Position numbers and translations under genes: made by a program. 64,000 nt of DNA, taken from the NCBI RefSeq assembly GCF_000150275.1, contig NW_002060947.1, positions 1,973,740 to 2,037,739 on the forward strand. The letters are read 5' to 3'. The DNA is from Trichoplax adhaerens (taxonomy: Eukaryota > Animalia > Placozoa). Each line of letters begins with the position of its first letter. The first letter of the stretch is position 1. This document shows positions 38,601-52,300 of the stretch, piece after piece. The notes under the pieces are model-generated. The model searched no databases. It had not been told where the DNA came from and was given only the letters and a program-made list of their open reading frames with translations.

Positions 38601-39288
38601 AATATTTTAGCCATCTAGTAGCAAAAGCTTCTAAATCATTAATGTTAATAGAACAGAGTAAATTATCCGTTCATATGCTATTTTTTAAATTCTTCTGTCA
38701 AGTTTGTAATTACTATAAATTGGTGTTTAGTTATGCTTCTTTCATGTAATGACTAATTGATCGATTTCACCTTGAATATTAGGATAACTTGGTTAATATC
38801 GTATTTGCAATTAAATTGGTTCGCTCAATCAATCGAAGAATTCATTTCAATCTCGCTATTGCCATCATGTTCAATGTTGTCGGAATCTGTCTAGCTGCTG
38901 GCATTCTACATCCTGTTGGGTTCACCCTCAGACCTTGGCAGGCGAATGCTTGTGCGGTATCAATTTCTGTCCTAATAATTTTATCTTCTCTTTCACTAAA
39001 ATGGTACGAAATTTGTCCTTATTAAGTATTTCTACCTTTTACAGACTGTTATATTTGCATATTGATATCTCTATACTTGTTTATAAATTTAGGCATAAGT
39101 CACCAAAATTTAAGGCAAAATCACAAACATTACCCAAGCGATTCAAATTTAGGGAAGGTAATGAAGAAAATGGAGTCGAAATTTGGGCTGATAATAAATG
39201 TACGAAATCTTTAGAATCCTCCAAGGAATCATCTAAGTCTTTATTAGGTGGTACTTACAGCACAACAAATGACAGCTCCTTTATGTAA
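29635..39288 (+). CDS. Divergent ATP7-like paralog 3, 18 exons, intact frame but predicted catalytically dead (pseudo-ATPase)
   Basis: Exons approx 29635-29776, 32531-32694, 32770-32931, 33061-33137, 33243-33396, 34043-34153, 35328-35450, 35560-35651, 35749-36031, 36127-36261, 36499-36687, 36933-37115, 37268-37382, 37602-37796, 37878-38020, 38237-38440, 38783-39003, 39093-39288. They are homologous to exons 4-21 of the paralogs, all GT-AG, with no stops or frameshifts. Motifs read GMTCAFC, LGE, YPC, NKTGT, SEHS, TGDN, GNDSSD, FN and WQANACAVS. Confidence 0.88.
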
Positions 39289-42200
39289 ATGTGGAAAGAT
39301 AGTAATAAACAATGATGAAATTCGTAAATTAGAATAAATGATTGATAACTACATACGATATAGGATGAAGCTATTACTGTAGCAAATAAAACCACTAGTT
39401 TGGATGCATGAGGCTTTCAAAACTGCTTCAATGGTGAACTATGGAATGTGTAAAGTATCTTTTATTCGGAGTAACTATTCTTTCCTATACGAGAATCTTG
39501 GAGTGGTCTATTGTAAGAAACATGAAATATTGAATCATGTTGATTGTGATAATGATGATATATTCATAACCATTTCAGTATCATTTAATGTAGCACCAAT
39601 AAAGGCTAAAGCAAACTTTTAGAACCCTTCTATGACATCGTACTTTGATAGCTAGACATAGCCAATATCATCAATAACGATTAAATCATTAAACCGTAAT
39701 CTTGATACAAAAAGAAGAATGCTAATTGCATCTGAAGGAGAAATTAAAGTTTCGTATCTATACTGACTATTATGTAGTAACCTATAATATTAACGTATAT
39801 TATTGCTCGATTTCTAAAGTAGTTACGAGTACTGATATAACACTAGTCTAATAATTACAAATGTCAAGAATTTAACGCTCATATAATAGCTACTTATGGA
39901 TTAGCCGATAATTATCTAGCTAAGATTATTAATAGCATACTCAAGTTTTTTTATTTGATCAAAAACTGTTTATACCACATTTTGACTTCAAAATACTTAA
40001 TTAATTAGCTATATCACTTATTTTACAGCTTTTAGATCATATTTTTCCAGAGCATGGAAGTAGATTTGCATTAACAACTATAGAGCATTAGAATTAGACA
40101 CCTTTTGTCACAGTTTATTTAAGTTAATTGCTGACTAGCTAGCTTGCGGACCCGATCGGTGAAAAATATCTCACTTAGCCACTAAAGTGCTTCTTATTAA
40201 CAACTGGAATAGGTTATATCTTGAAAGTCACGGATTGTGTGAGTATGTAGTAATTTTCATGATCTATCCTATTTTTGCATCATTCAATTCTTAGTAGAAA
40301 GATAGTATGCCCGTATGAGCCATCCTATTGTAAAGACATCGTAACTTTTTGAAAATAATTGATCGAATTTGAATGGAAAATCTTATTTGCATATTTTAAC
40401 TTCATTTAGTATATTAATAGCCTTTCAGTTATGCAGTGAGTAAGGATTTTTAAATGATTTACATTAATAATTTTGCATCACTTAGCGATATGATGCCATG
40501 ATTAGCTAAATGTTGCATTCTATCGTAGTTGCGTATATAATTCCATCTTCAATTTCAACAATGACTATAACGTACAAAGCAGCATTTAAGAGCGCACGGT
40601 ACATCCAAATGATCTATTCAATTGAATTAAAATTGGTAATGTCCGATAGTCTTACTCCATTTTATCAATATGCCTAGTCATAGATAATTACCTCCATTAT
40701 TTTAGTATTTATTAATTGAAAATCTATTACTAATTAATTAAAAAATGATTTTATGGCATAAATCTGTTATCGATTTAACTTCTTTTACAAAAGCATTTTA
40801 AAATTGCTCAAAATAGGCAGAAAAAATTAATTTATCTCTATCCATAATGGTAAAAATACAAGCAAGTTGATAAATTTCTTCTGAAAATTGGGCAAAGATG
40901 CAATAAGAATAAAAATAAGCAAGGTGATTTTAATATGATGTCGCGCAGCTATGGGCGATATGATATCCATACAACTGAGTAAAGTATATTATAATCTTAT
41001 GAATTATAAATAATCAATACAAGCAGCAGTAGTTTTTGAATTGCAAATAATCATTAGAGGCAGTAGATGCCTAACTCATAAAATTACAGCTGGCCACCGG
41101 TTTCACATGTTCAGGAACGAATGTGAATCACAGCAGGTGGACAAAAATCGAACGATAATCTTTATTAATACTACGTCAGATTACAAATGTTTATTTTTAC
41201 TACAATACAAACGGCGCAATGATTAGCAAAATTTATAAAATACTTCCGATAAAAATAATTATAATTGTGTCCAACCCTACATTATTAGGTCGAGCGTATA
41301 TATTGATATTTATCAAATTGAAATTAGTTACAGTAATTGCTATAATCAATCATCAATAATGTATCGTTATTATCTTCAGTCTAATACTCTTAGAAATAAG
41401 ACTTCGTTCTACATAATTACTCCTTATTTACTCGCAAATAAAAGTGCCATACAAAGTTCAGTATTCTCAAGCATTATATAATATCGCAATTAATTAATTT
41501 ATTAATGAACTAATCGACTATGTCCTTAAATTTTACGTTAAGGAAGGACGTATCTTGAAGTAATTTACGGAAAGGCTCGTAAATTATTTAAATTATTATT
41601 GTGATAGCCAGCAGTGCTGCACACATAATTATGGATAATTCTAATTTATAAAGATATAATTAGAGCGTTGATATTGCAAAAATTTTATTGTTATCTAACT
41701 GTTTCACATATCCTTGCTAATTTAATTAACTGTAATAAATACTTTCAATGCTGCATGAAATTATAAACTTAAAAAGTGATTTGAGTTACGTAACAATTTA
41801 TGCCATCCATGCTAAAAAAACAGAATAGCTAGCATGATATTAAATCCAATGATTGCAATAATAAAAAATAATAAATATATCAATGACAACGATTGAATTT
41901 CAATTCTAGAAAGTGTTTACCATTAATGATAGTAGTCTGTTACAGTAGTTATTTCGTTATCAAAATACATTGTAGTAGCGTTCTATCTATGAATATAATT
42001 AAATAATAGATTGCATAATAAGGGATAACTTTTCATGTATTATCTGTTGACTACCTAAGTATCTCGTATTATGACCATAAGTAATCGTGTACCAATTTAT
42101 AAAAGCAAGCTATATTATGTCCTAGTATCAATATGAAAAACGATACATTAGTTGGAAATGAAAAAGGGAAAACTTGGTCATATCGAAATCATGTAAAATA

Positions 42201-43297
42201 TCAATACATTGATGAGTTATAAAACTATCCAGATGGATACTTTACCGAACTTGTGTTTTATTATAATCATTTCACACGGAAAGGATATTGATCTCTTTGA
42301 GAGAACTGTTATCTAGACATTGAATGAGTTAAACAATAGCCGTCCTAATTAACTTATCAATTAATAGATAACGATAGAAAATAACAATAGGAAAGGGCTA
42401 AATATCGGTCATCGATTACATCACCAGTTTATTACTATTGTTAGAATTAACAAAACGATTGTGCAAACAATAGACCTTATCTACCATGGTCAGTAATCAA
42501 AAATGATCCATTGGTGGTAGATTAGCTACTATCATCATTAATTAACCGTTACTATAAGATTTAGAACAAAATGGCGTATAAATGGCGTTAAAACTAAGCT
42601 ATAAATTTGCTTGCAATTGTCGGCTAGATACTGAAGGGTATCATGATGCTAAGTTGGTACTTTTAAAATTACAGCCGGTATGCTTGGTTTTTTACAATCT
42701 AAATATTTTTGAGAGCATGATATTGTTTTTCAATTTCGTTAATCAATGTAATGTAGAACTTGATTAATCAATAGGCCTAAAATAATGGTAAACGATATGC
42801 AAAACAGATACGTTACATTGATTACTAATGCATAAGTACTAAAATTTTACGCTCAACCATCTGTTTATATTGAATGTAAACATTGCAAGACTATACAAGG
42901 TGCAATACGACAATAACGTATCTTTCGTAATATACAATATACAGTAAATTAATTAATCGATCAGTAAGGAATGAATCACCGATTGTCTATAAACTAAAGG
43001 GGGGAAATTAGCGGCTATTCTTTTAATTTTTATAATCTCTAAATTTCTCTATTAGTTTCTTCAGTATACTGTAGCGCATCTTACTGAATCTCATCGACTG
43101 AATTAAAATAATTTCATAGCAATGCCGATTAGCCTATCTTCAGCATTATATCATTCAGAACATAGCAGTAAGCGATACCTTTTACACATCAGGCACAGTG
43201 AATGTTATTATCATTAGCATTGCTCACCCGATTAAATATATCTAGTTTTGGAACAGATCACAAATTGTGTCTTTAGAGCGCAGTATGGCATAAAAAA

Positions 43298-43381
43298 TAA
43301 GGCCGATTATGTTCTTAAGATTAGAAATGATCGAATTCGCTGTATTGGCCATGACCAATCTTAAGGACAAAATCGGTCTTA
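43298..43381. repeat. 84-bp hairpin/MITE-like inverted repeat bounded by TA
   Basis: TAAGGCCGATTATGTTCTTAAGATTAG pairs with CCAATCTTAAGGACAAAATCGGTCTTA (27-bp arms, 4 mismatches, two of them G-U compatible on the plus strand). Confidence 0.75.
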
Positions 43382-46300
43382 GAAATGGCCGTCACGTATA
43401 CCTAATTTGATTTTAAAATATACTAAAAATATCAGGCTCTATTTCAACTAAAAATGTCAGATATAAAGACCATATAAAAAGTCTAGTTATAAATTCTCTA
43501 ATCCTATACTGCATGTAGGTATATCATAGATATTAAAAATTAGTCTTACGACGTATTTCTCATCAATTAGTTTATAAACGGTATAGCTTTATGTAATTAA
43601 GTACGTGCAATATCTCTTATAAGAGTTTTAAAGGATTTGTAGTAAATTAGAGTAGTTTATATATTCCTCACCAATTAGATATTTATGACTCTTGGTCAAT
43701 TTAATCATATAGAATTTTTTCAGAAGACAAGTACAACGGTAAGCCTGACGTATTAAGCTATCGCAGCCCTTCCATAAAAACTGGTTACTCTTTTAATTCT
43801 GCTATGACAAATTCCGATCAATTTAATCATGAAAAATAAATATAGAAAGGAAACCATTGATTCTCAAGTTAAATTAATTTTTCGATCTTCCTTCAGCCTT
43901 TACATTAGCGGCTTTTAAATCGGAAAAAGTAGGTGAATCAATTGAAAAATGATATAATTGCAGTCATTCCTCATTCTACCAATTGGCAGAGGAAAAATTT
44001 CCTCCAAACTAGTAGATTCCAATACATTAGTATCTGTACTGGTAAAGAATCTAGAATATAATTTAATAATAGTCACTATACTGTAACCCATTACACGACT
44101 TGAACTTTCTTACTGTAATAAATTACTATTCATTACTATTCATGACCAATCAGATGCAATACTGCAATTTAATAACGAAAATCTTTCGCTGAGCTTATTA
44201 ACTCTTAAATACCGCATATACGAAGATATATGAATATGTAATAATCATAAGATTCGATGAGACCTTGACAATAATCACTTATTGAATTGTCCAGTAGTAC
44301 AACATACTGTATGTATACATCTAACGTATCAAACATAGTTAGCAACAGCAAATACACTTATTCCTGTGATCAAATTTTGTTACATTATAAATGCTTATTA
44401 TTTGTAGTATTTTAGTACTGCAATAAATTTTTTATATATGATTAAATGAAAAGTAGATAGACTTATTAAAATATAATATGTCAATGTGGCAACGGAACGT
44501 TAGCAAATTAAAAAATAGCATCATTGATAGTCTGTCAATACTGCAATAAATCTTGTACATTTTAACGACATTTAAAGTTAAAAGATTGTTTGAGTGCTGT
44601 AAAATCTATGCAGTGCAGTGAAGATAGCTTTTTGTGAGATGGCTATGAATACTAGAGATAGAAAGATTAAATTTTACTTCAATGTTGAAGTAATGTGCTT
44701 AATTACTAATATTGACTCAAGATTTCCAAAATAAGTTTCATTTTAAATCACTATGAATCAGCCAACGTTGATGTGTACGTGGAATTCTATTTCCTTTAGG
44801 TATGCTTGTTCTATTTTAGAATTAAAAGAACGTGAAATATTGATCACTATCAATTTGCAAGAAGTGTAAGACTAATTTAAAAAGTATCAAATGCTATAAA
44901 TAATATAGGAATGACAAATTCTATCACATCGCCATAACTTGATTTAAAAGCCCAAGAAGAATGTCGAATTTATAAATTTTTCAACTCATTTGCCGATAAC
45001 ACTTACGATAAAATAAACTAATTACAGTTGCGGTTTTGTAACTGTCAAAATAGGAAATCTATGTGCACATGGTAACCGATATTAATGATTCATAATGACT
45101 AATGAAATCGTCCTGCATAATATATCTTGTTTATATGGATACTTTATTATGCATTTTAGCGAATAATTTTTGCAATAAAACGCAATAGAGACATAGTAGG
45201 ACTCTGTGCTTTGACATTAAGATAAGAATTTTAACAGTTATTGAATTATGCTATTTTTCTGCAAATTTCTATAGAATTTCAAGACCTACAGCCGAGTTTT
45301 ATAGTTACAATTCGTTAAAAAGGACATTTTACGTACTTAAATTCCAATATAATTGAAATAATCTTACTAATATTTCTCTATTTCAAATAATGAAAACATC
45401 TATGTTTATTTGATTTATTGTCAAAATAAAATCATCTTAATTTCTATAACTATCCATTATGCAAGATATTTAATCGAGTACCCTTTAAAATTAAAAGATA
45501 AGTATTTAATTGATTCTGCTCACTGAATTATGAAAAGAAAATGTATTCTAGCTATGCAAAGTAAAATGAAACATCTATTGATACCATGAGCAGAATAACA
45601 TGTCGTAAATCGTTAACAGAGTAGTATAAGAAAATCAAACTTTTCAACGCTACCATCATTTTCTAAAGTAATAGTTATCTCCAGTTATTTGATCTACAAT
45701 TTCTACCTCCGACCACTTTTCTCTACTTTATGCCAATGTCACAACCCTCACTTGTGGCAAAGGAAAGTAAAGAACTCTAGTGTAGTTGCTTAAAACTTGG
45801 GCTATTTCTCCCAGTACTTTCAGTTTCTATGAGAGAAGTATTTGAGAACTCGATTTCTCGGCTGATCTCCACAGACAACTGACTAATTATTACACTATTC
45901 TTCACGATATGAGTCTTGCCGTTTCTTGAGCAATTTCTTACTTTATTCTAAAAACACACGCGCTTAAATAGGTTTCTACAGTGAATCCCAATATTAACGA
46001 GTGAGAATTCATGCTTTATAAGTTACATTAATTAGTATAATACCATTACTAAATATACATGTCGATATTCTCAGACTTAGATAGCTACAAGCTATCAGGT
46101 GTTAAGACGCTTAACCTTCGTCCATATACAGCTCAATTTTTAGAGATTAGCACACCTTATAAACCTACAGTAAATTAACTGCTAACAACTTCTATTTTTA
46201 TCTCATTTCTACCATCCTATTATCAGCTACAAGCGCATTAAAACATAGCACATAACCTTATCTTATCTATTCATAAGCATTCATTAATTTACAGTTACTT

Positions 46301-49300
46301 AATTAGTAACGGCGTACCGTGACAGCCAATCAATTCTACAGCAAAAATATTTAAAATCGAGCATAATGTATGAGTTATCAAATTAGCTCTTTAAATTAAA
46401 GTAGATCAACTACAATTTATAACTTTGTAAATTATGTAAACGCTATGCATAATCTCAGCACAGACCTTTTCTAAATCAGTCTTTTAAGCATTAGCTATTT
46501 CTAAAACTCAGAATAAAAGGTTCCATTTTTTAAACTCAGGCATACCATTGGGGATCTATCAATATTATATTCAGGTAAAAATAATAGCAACTTGACCCAT
46601 CTAAGTGTAAGTAGAAATATACATGAGAATAAAGTATATAAAATTTTCCATTTTATATAATTTGAACAAGCTACAGACTCATTTTTATATTAGGAAACTA
46701 TAATAAGTAAATAGGTAAACTGAAGATAAACTCTTACATAAAATCTAAGTACTTATACATAATATCGAATTCAAGAATATTGCTTCTGCTCCTTCTATGA
46801 TCACTTTTGAGGCAATGAATAAGTTCTCAATATACCAAAACTAATATTTCGAGCATTTTTATTCAAAATTTTTTATACACTCCATTGTCTCACCTGGTAT
46901 GCCACTGCAAAAATTTGACTTTTGATCGATTAAGTTACTATTGGTAGATACAAATGTATCTATACTTATCTCTTCAACCTTGCAGTAACCGAAATCATTA
47001 CATTTAAGTGGTAGATTTATTATGATATAATATCCAATTTACAAATTGAGTTAGATACCACAAATATTCAAATTCATAATCAATTATGTGCCGTTAGTTT
47101 TAAGTCACCCAAATACGTTAACTTGATGCTTGAAACTCTCCTAGGGAAATTTACTATTCCATACGCCATTTTTCAGACCTGATGGCATCATATAACCATT
47201 TTAGAAAATTCCGTATCGCAAACTTGATTGCTATTCTTAAATTAAGTCTAAAGATACCTTTTCTGAATACTAATTCTCATGGTTCTTGCATGAACACATG
47301 AATACTTGCATGTATATCTTGCTTTATACAAGTAGTTATGGTAAGATTTATTCTTTATATGCATGACATAAGCATAATTAATTAATTTTAGTACAAATTG
47401 ACTAAAAACTAAAAGTCTATTGCATTTTACCAATATTATCGAAATAGAAATCAAATAACATTTTTTCAACCTTTTACTTCTAAGATTTTGCAATATCAAT
47501 TTCTATATCCAAAGCATCTTACAAGTATTGATGCATCATCAGCAAAAGAACTAACGTAATGTAAATTGCAACATTAAATCAAAAAGGATTCAAAGCAATC
47601 ATTTTATTAAAGATAATCCATTATATTTCCCGCACATAGTTGACCTCTTAAAATTAGATTCATCTCGAAGGATTTCTTGCCGATAGATTTTAATTCTCAT
47701 TATTGGCATCAATCCAAAATAGATTTATATGCTAAATTGAGACCGAGGAAACCTATAAGCACATTATCAAGATATCCTAATAGGTATTTCTTCAACTTTC
47801 CCAAGGTAAACTCTACTTATTATCCTAAATATTACGAACTCTAGATAGCTCAAACTTCATCAATTCTCTCAATCTAATCCCAATCAAATTGTGGATGAAG
47901 AGGAAAAGTACAAATGTAAACATAATAAACAAGAAATTAATTATTCGATTTCCAATGCATTAGCAATTAAAATGCCTTACAGGCTTTGAAAGAATGTGAC
48001 TTTAGCTTCAATCAAAGAAAATTTTATAACTGTGTATTGATAGCTAGCTCCTTACCAAATACTTAAAATCGAACAAATCTCTAACTGAGGTACAGTACGC
48101 TATAAATTCTTAATTACAGTGTTGCCCGCGTAGAAACTCTATTTATAACGAAAATTTATTGCCTAAGACTAGATAGGGATCGTAGATCATAATTTTATTT
48201 CAAAGCTGAAAGAAGTAGTTTCAAAAAGAATCAAATGTAAAAACTGATACCCAATTTTTGAGTAATGCTTTTCGATCATAATGCAACTTTCAAGAACACT
48301 AACTGTAATATCAGAAGCGATATTGAAATCAATCATTTGATAATTTGATCGCTTTACCACTTCAAAATAATATTAAAAGAATGACACACGTGAAATTCGA
48401 ATGTTAAGTAAATATAGCATAACGATAGCATAGAATATTATTGCCATCACTATTTCAAGATTTGAAGGATATAATTATATAAATTATCCGTTGCCGGTTA
48501 ATACATATTGATCTATAGGTTAAATATAAACAGCTTCATTCTGAAAAGAGACTTAGATGACCATACTTTTAAGGTCCAAAGTCGAATTTTGTTTGTATTT
48601 CCATGCCACAAGGCGTTTACAATGGCACGTACAAAGCAACGCCAAACCTTTGATAAATTTGTACTTTATCCGATATTCATGGACTGCAATACTATACATA
48701 TGGCTTATTATTCCAATTATTTATTGGTTTTATTTGCCTTTTCCATTTTTTAGATGGATATCCGATCATTAACATTACCGAACAATAAGCTTTATAGCCA
48801 TTGAAATAAACATTAGCCAGCCAATGCAATAAGGTTAGTCAAGGGCTCAAGAGAAAAGGATATCTTTCTCGTAACGTATTATAAAATTCATAACAATGAC
48901 ATGTTGAAATTTATACGTAAGCAATTTTTAGCTTATCTTTACGGAATATTATTTCTAAGTTATTAATTTCACAGACAAGATTTTCGATAATCCTCTCTCG
49001 ATATTTTTAACGGTTACATGAAATAGATTTCTATGTATAACACGATATTAGCAATATGCTACTGCGTCTAGCTATCAATACCTCTAAGTCAAGGTCGAGT
49101 CGAACTTGGTAACCCAACAATATCATTTTGTATTACCTATGAGTATAGCCGAAACTGATTCTTAGTCGAATTAGCTCGAGCTTTCATGATCAGTATGAAC
49201 AAAATTACTTAATATATCGAATCATGTATTACTAATGTCATTACTATCAACAGTCTGTATCCACTTTCCATATATCCCAACTAAATTAACTCATGCTCTT

Positions 49301-52300
49301 GATATTCTACTTCATAGGCAATCATAGCCATTGACGACAATCTAACATTACTAACAATGTTGTTAAATAAGCTAGGTCGAAGTCTAACTTTTCTCCTATT
49401 AAACACTGATAATGCCGTTCATATTTCATTAATTAAAATAATAGACATAATCAATTATATATGATAGCAAAACAAGATAATAGTTTCAATTTATTGAATC
49501 CAAATTGGAATAATGTTGTGACATTTGGTCAAAATAATGTTTATTTATTCAACTCTCTAACTTAATTGATAGTATTTGTCCACATGAAGGTGTTATATCT
49601 CCCTCCTATTTTATAATCAAATTTTCTATTAAAAGCAGCTAGAAAAAATGACTCACCATGCTATCAAAAAACTAATTCAAACCGATATAGACATGATTCT
49701 ATTAGAATATAATTAGATCGTATAAATCATTCACCTAGAAAATTTTATCATAGATAATAATTTATAACAAGATAATGTTTTTTTTTAATATATACAGAAT
49801 AAAGCTATTAAATCTACAGATGATGCTCGAAGATACGTCATTTGCTATATTGCTGGCATAGAAAGCCATTCTGTACATTAAAATTAATTTCATTTATTAC
49901 ATTAATGAATATACGACTTAACATAAGCAATTAAGTGATATTTCCATCTCCTGCTGTTTTCCTACAGTAATTATATCAACAATCAAAGCACAGGAAGCTG
50001 CTATTCTGATGGTATACTATACAAAAAAATATTTTCTTTGCTATGATTCCGCTTGTTAGTTGTGTTAGAATACCGATCATGATGCAATTGAATTACAATG
50101 TTTAGATAGTAATAATACAATAAAAGCGGATTGAATGGAAAACTAAAATTAACTCTATGACTGAAATTCGATCAAAAGTCAAGTATGAAATCTTTTCTTG
50201 CATAATATCCCTATGTCTTATAATCTGTTTTGCCTTTGTTCTGCGATAGGCTTTATATCTTTGCTTCCTTTTAACTATTTTATCCAGCTTTAAAACCTAC
50301 TGACCGGATATTGGTGGTATTTTGTTTATCATGCTTCAGTTGTTATATTCAAAATAAGGATCGATTCTATAAGATAATATGAAAGTAAATGGCAGTAATT
50401 CAATAAATAATAATTGTTGATCATTATTCTTGAACTGAACGACTAGACATAGGGCATTTGCAAATTTTAAGTGGCGTTAGTTCTACTTTCCTGCGAACTT
50501 TTGAGGAATGATAGACAGTTATATCGATGATGTATTTACGTTACTTTCTATACTTGCGAGTATTATTGTAGAACTTATTTAAACTGATTATGACTAATAC
50601 TTCAGTTATTTAATCATAATCATTACTGATTCTATTCCATCTCAATTACAAATTATCATGACTCAATTAATTATTTTAGCTTATTATGTTATTAAAAAAA
50701 ATAATTATGATTTCGTCTACTTTTCTGGTCCATGATGAGGAAAGTACTAAAGCATGATAAAGGCACCTTTACCGTTTATCTAGCAATAACGAAACCATTA
50801 CATCATTCTTCTAACATTAAAAATTTACCACAGTCATGATCATATTGCTTACTGCAGAGTGGGAAAGATACTACCTGTCTTCGTTTTGATTCATCACGAT
50901 TAAGATTGTAATAGAATATAAATTATTTACTTCTTTCTTGCATCATCAATTGATTCTTTGATTATATTTCTATCTTGAAAAATTAAATAATCAACAAACT
51001 GTTTCTATTGTTAAAATATTTGAGATATACAGCATTCACTTTATTTTATTCATGTGTATTCCGGCATTCCCATAAAGCATAACATACTAACAAACAAGAA
51101 TAACCTTACATTAATATAGAGTGCTAGCTTACAACGCAGCTGGATAGTTTCATAATACAGATATGCAAGAGGCTTAGCATCTGCCAACTGTGTAACAATT
51201 AAACAAGAAACAATATAAAAATGTATATTCTAAAAATTGATTAACAAATACAGTGGACGGTCAAGTCATTCAGCTGAGAAGTAAACGATGATAATATAAT
51301 AAATGTTTCTATTTAAGGTATAATGCTAAAATTACTCAAAGATTTGTAACAAAAGCATTAACCCCAAATTTTAATTAAATAACAGCAAATCAACCATAGC
51401 AGAGCAATTGCTAGAGATATTAACGTACTTCATTCAATGCTGTTTGCTTATTATAGTATAGTATAGGTTTATTTATTGGTAAATGTCAAAATTATCAACT
51501 CCACTACTAGAATATAATGTAGAAAAACTGTATAGATTCAATCTGATTTATTCTTCCTCCTTGAGATATAATCCTTGCATCCATAACCGCGAATAATCCC
51601 AGTTTTATATCATGTTAGCTGGTTAAATTTTAAAAAATTCATTACATTGCTGTTAATCAAGACGATAATGATGATGATAACAACACTACGGCATATGTAT
51701 ATGATCCATATAACCAATCAGAGAAAACTAATTTACTATTGGATGGAAACTAAGAAAATCAATCCATATCGTTATTCATTATTGTTAAATTTTCTATTTA
51801 ATCGATTGCTTGTAGTTTAATTATTGATAGCTTATGCAATAGCATCTAGTCAAACAATTCCTTTTAAAATAAATGCGCTTCCTCTCTTTATGATGGTTCC
51901 TACTCCTTCATCTATTGATAGTTGATTAAAAAATAGTCAGGCTTAGCTAGTATTTGAACTGTTTATGCTATCCTATAGGTATGAATTCCCGTTTTTCCAC
52001 TTAATTTAAGCGTGTAGCACCTACTGTACTAATTATTGAACAAATGCTACTTTCATCAACATATTGCAACGATTTCAGATCATCGAATACAAATATATCA
52101 ACAAATTATATCCGATCTTTCATTAAATAAGGTAATTCTTGTTACAAAGTTATTTACTCTTGATTACATTCTACGAATAAGTAGATGACTAAAGATGAAA
52201 ATGAAAGATCAATATCAACACAATAGACTGTAGCGTATCATAACCGAGGTCATAACCGGAGGACATTATTGCATCGATATGCTAAGTTATCAAGCCTATT

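Noticed and set aside
29635-39288. ATP7 copy 3 as a conventional decayed pseudogene
   Set aside because: No stop, frameshift or broken splice site was found in 18 exons despite strong divergence.
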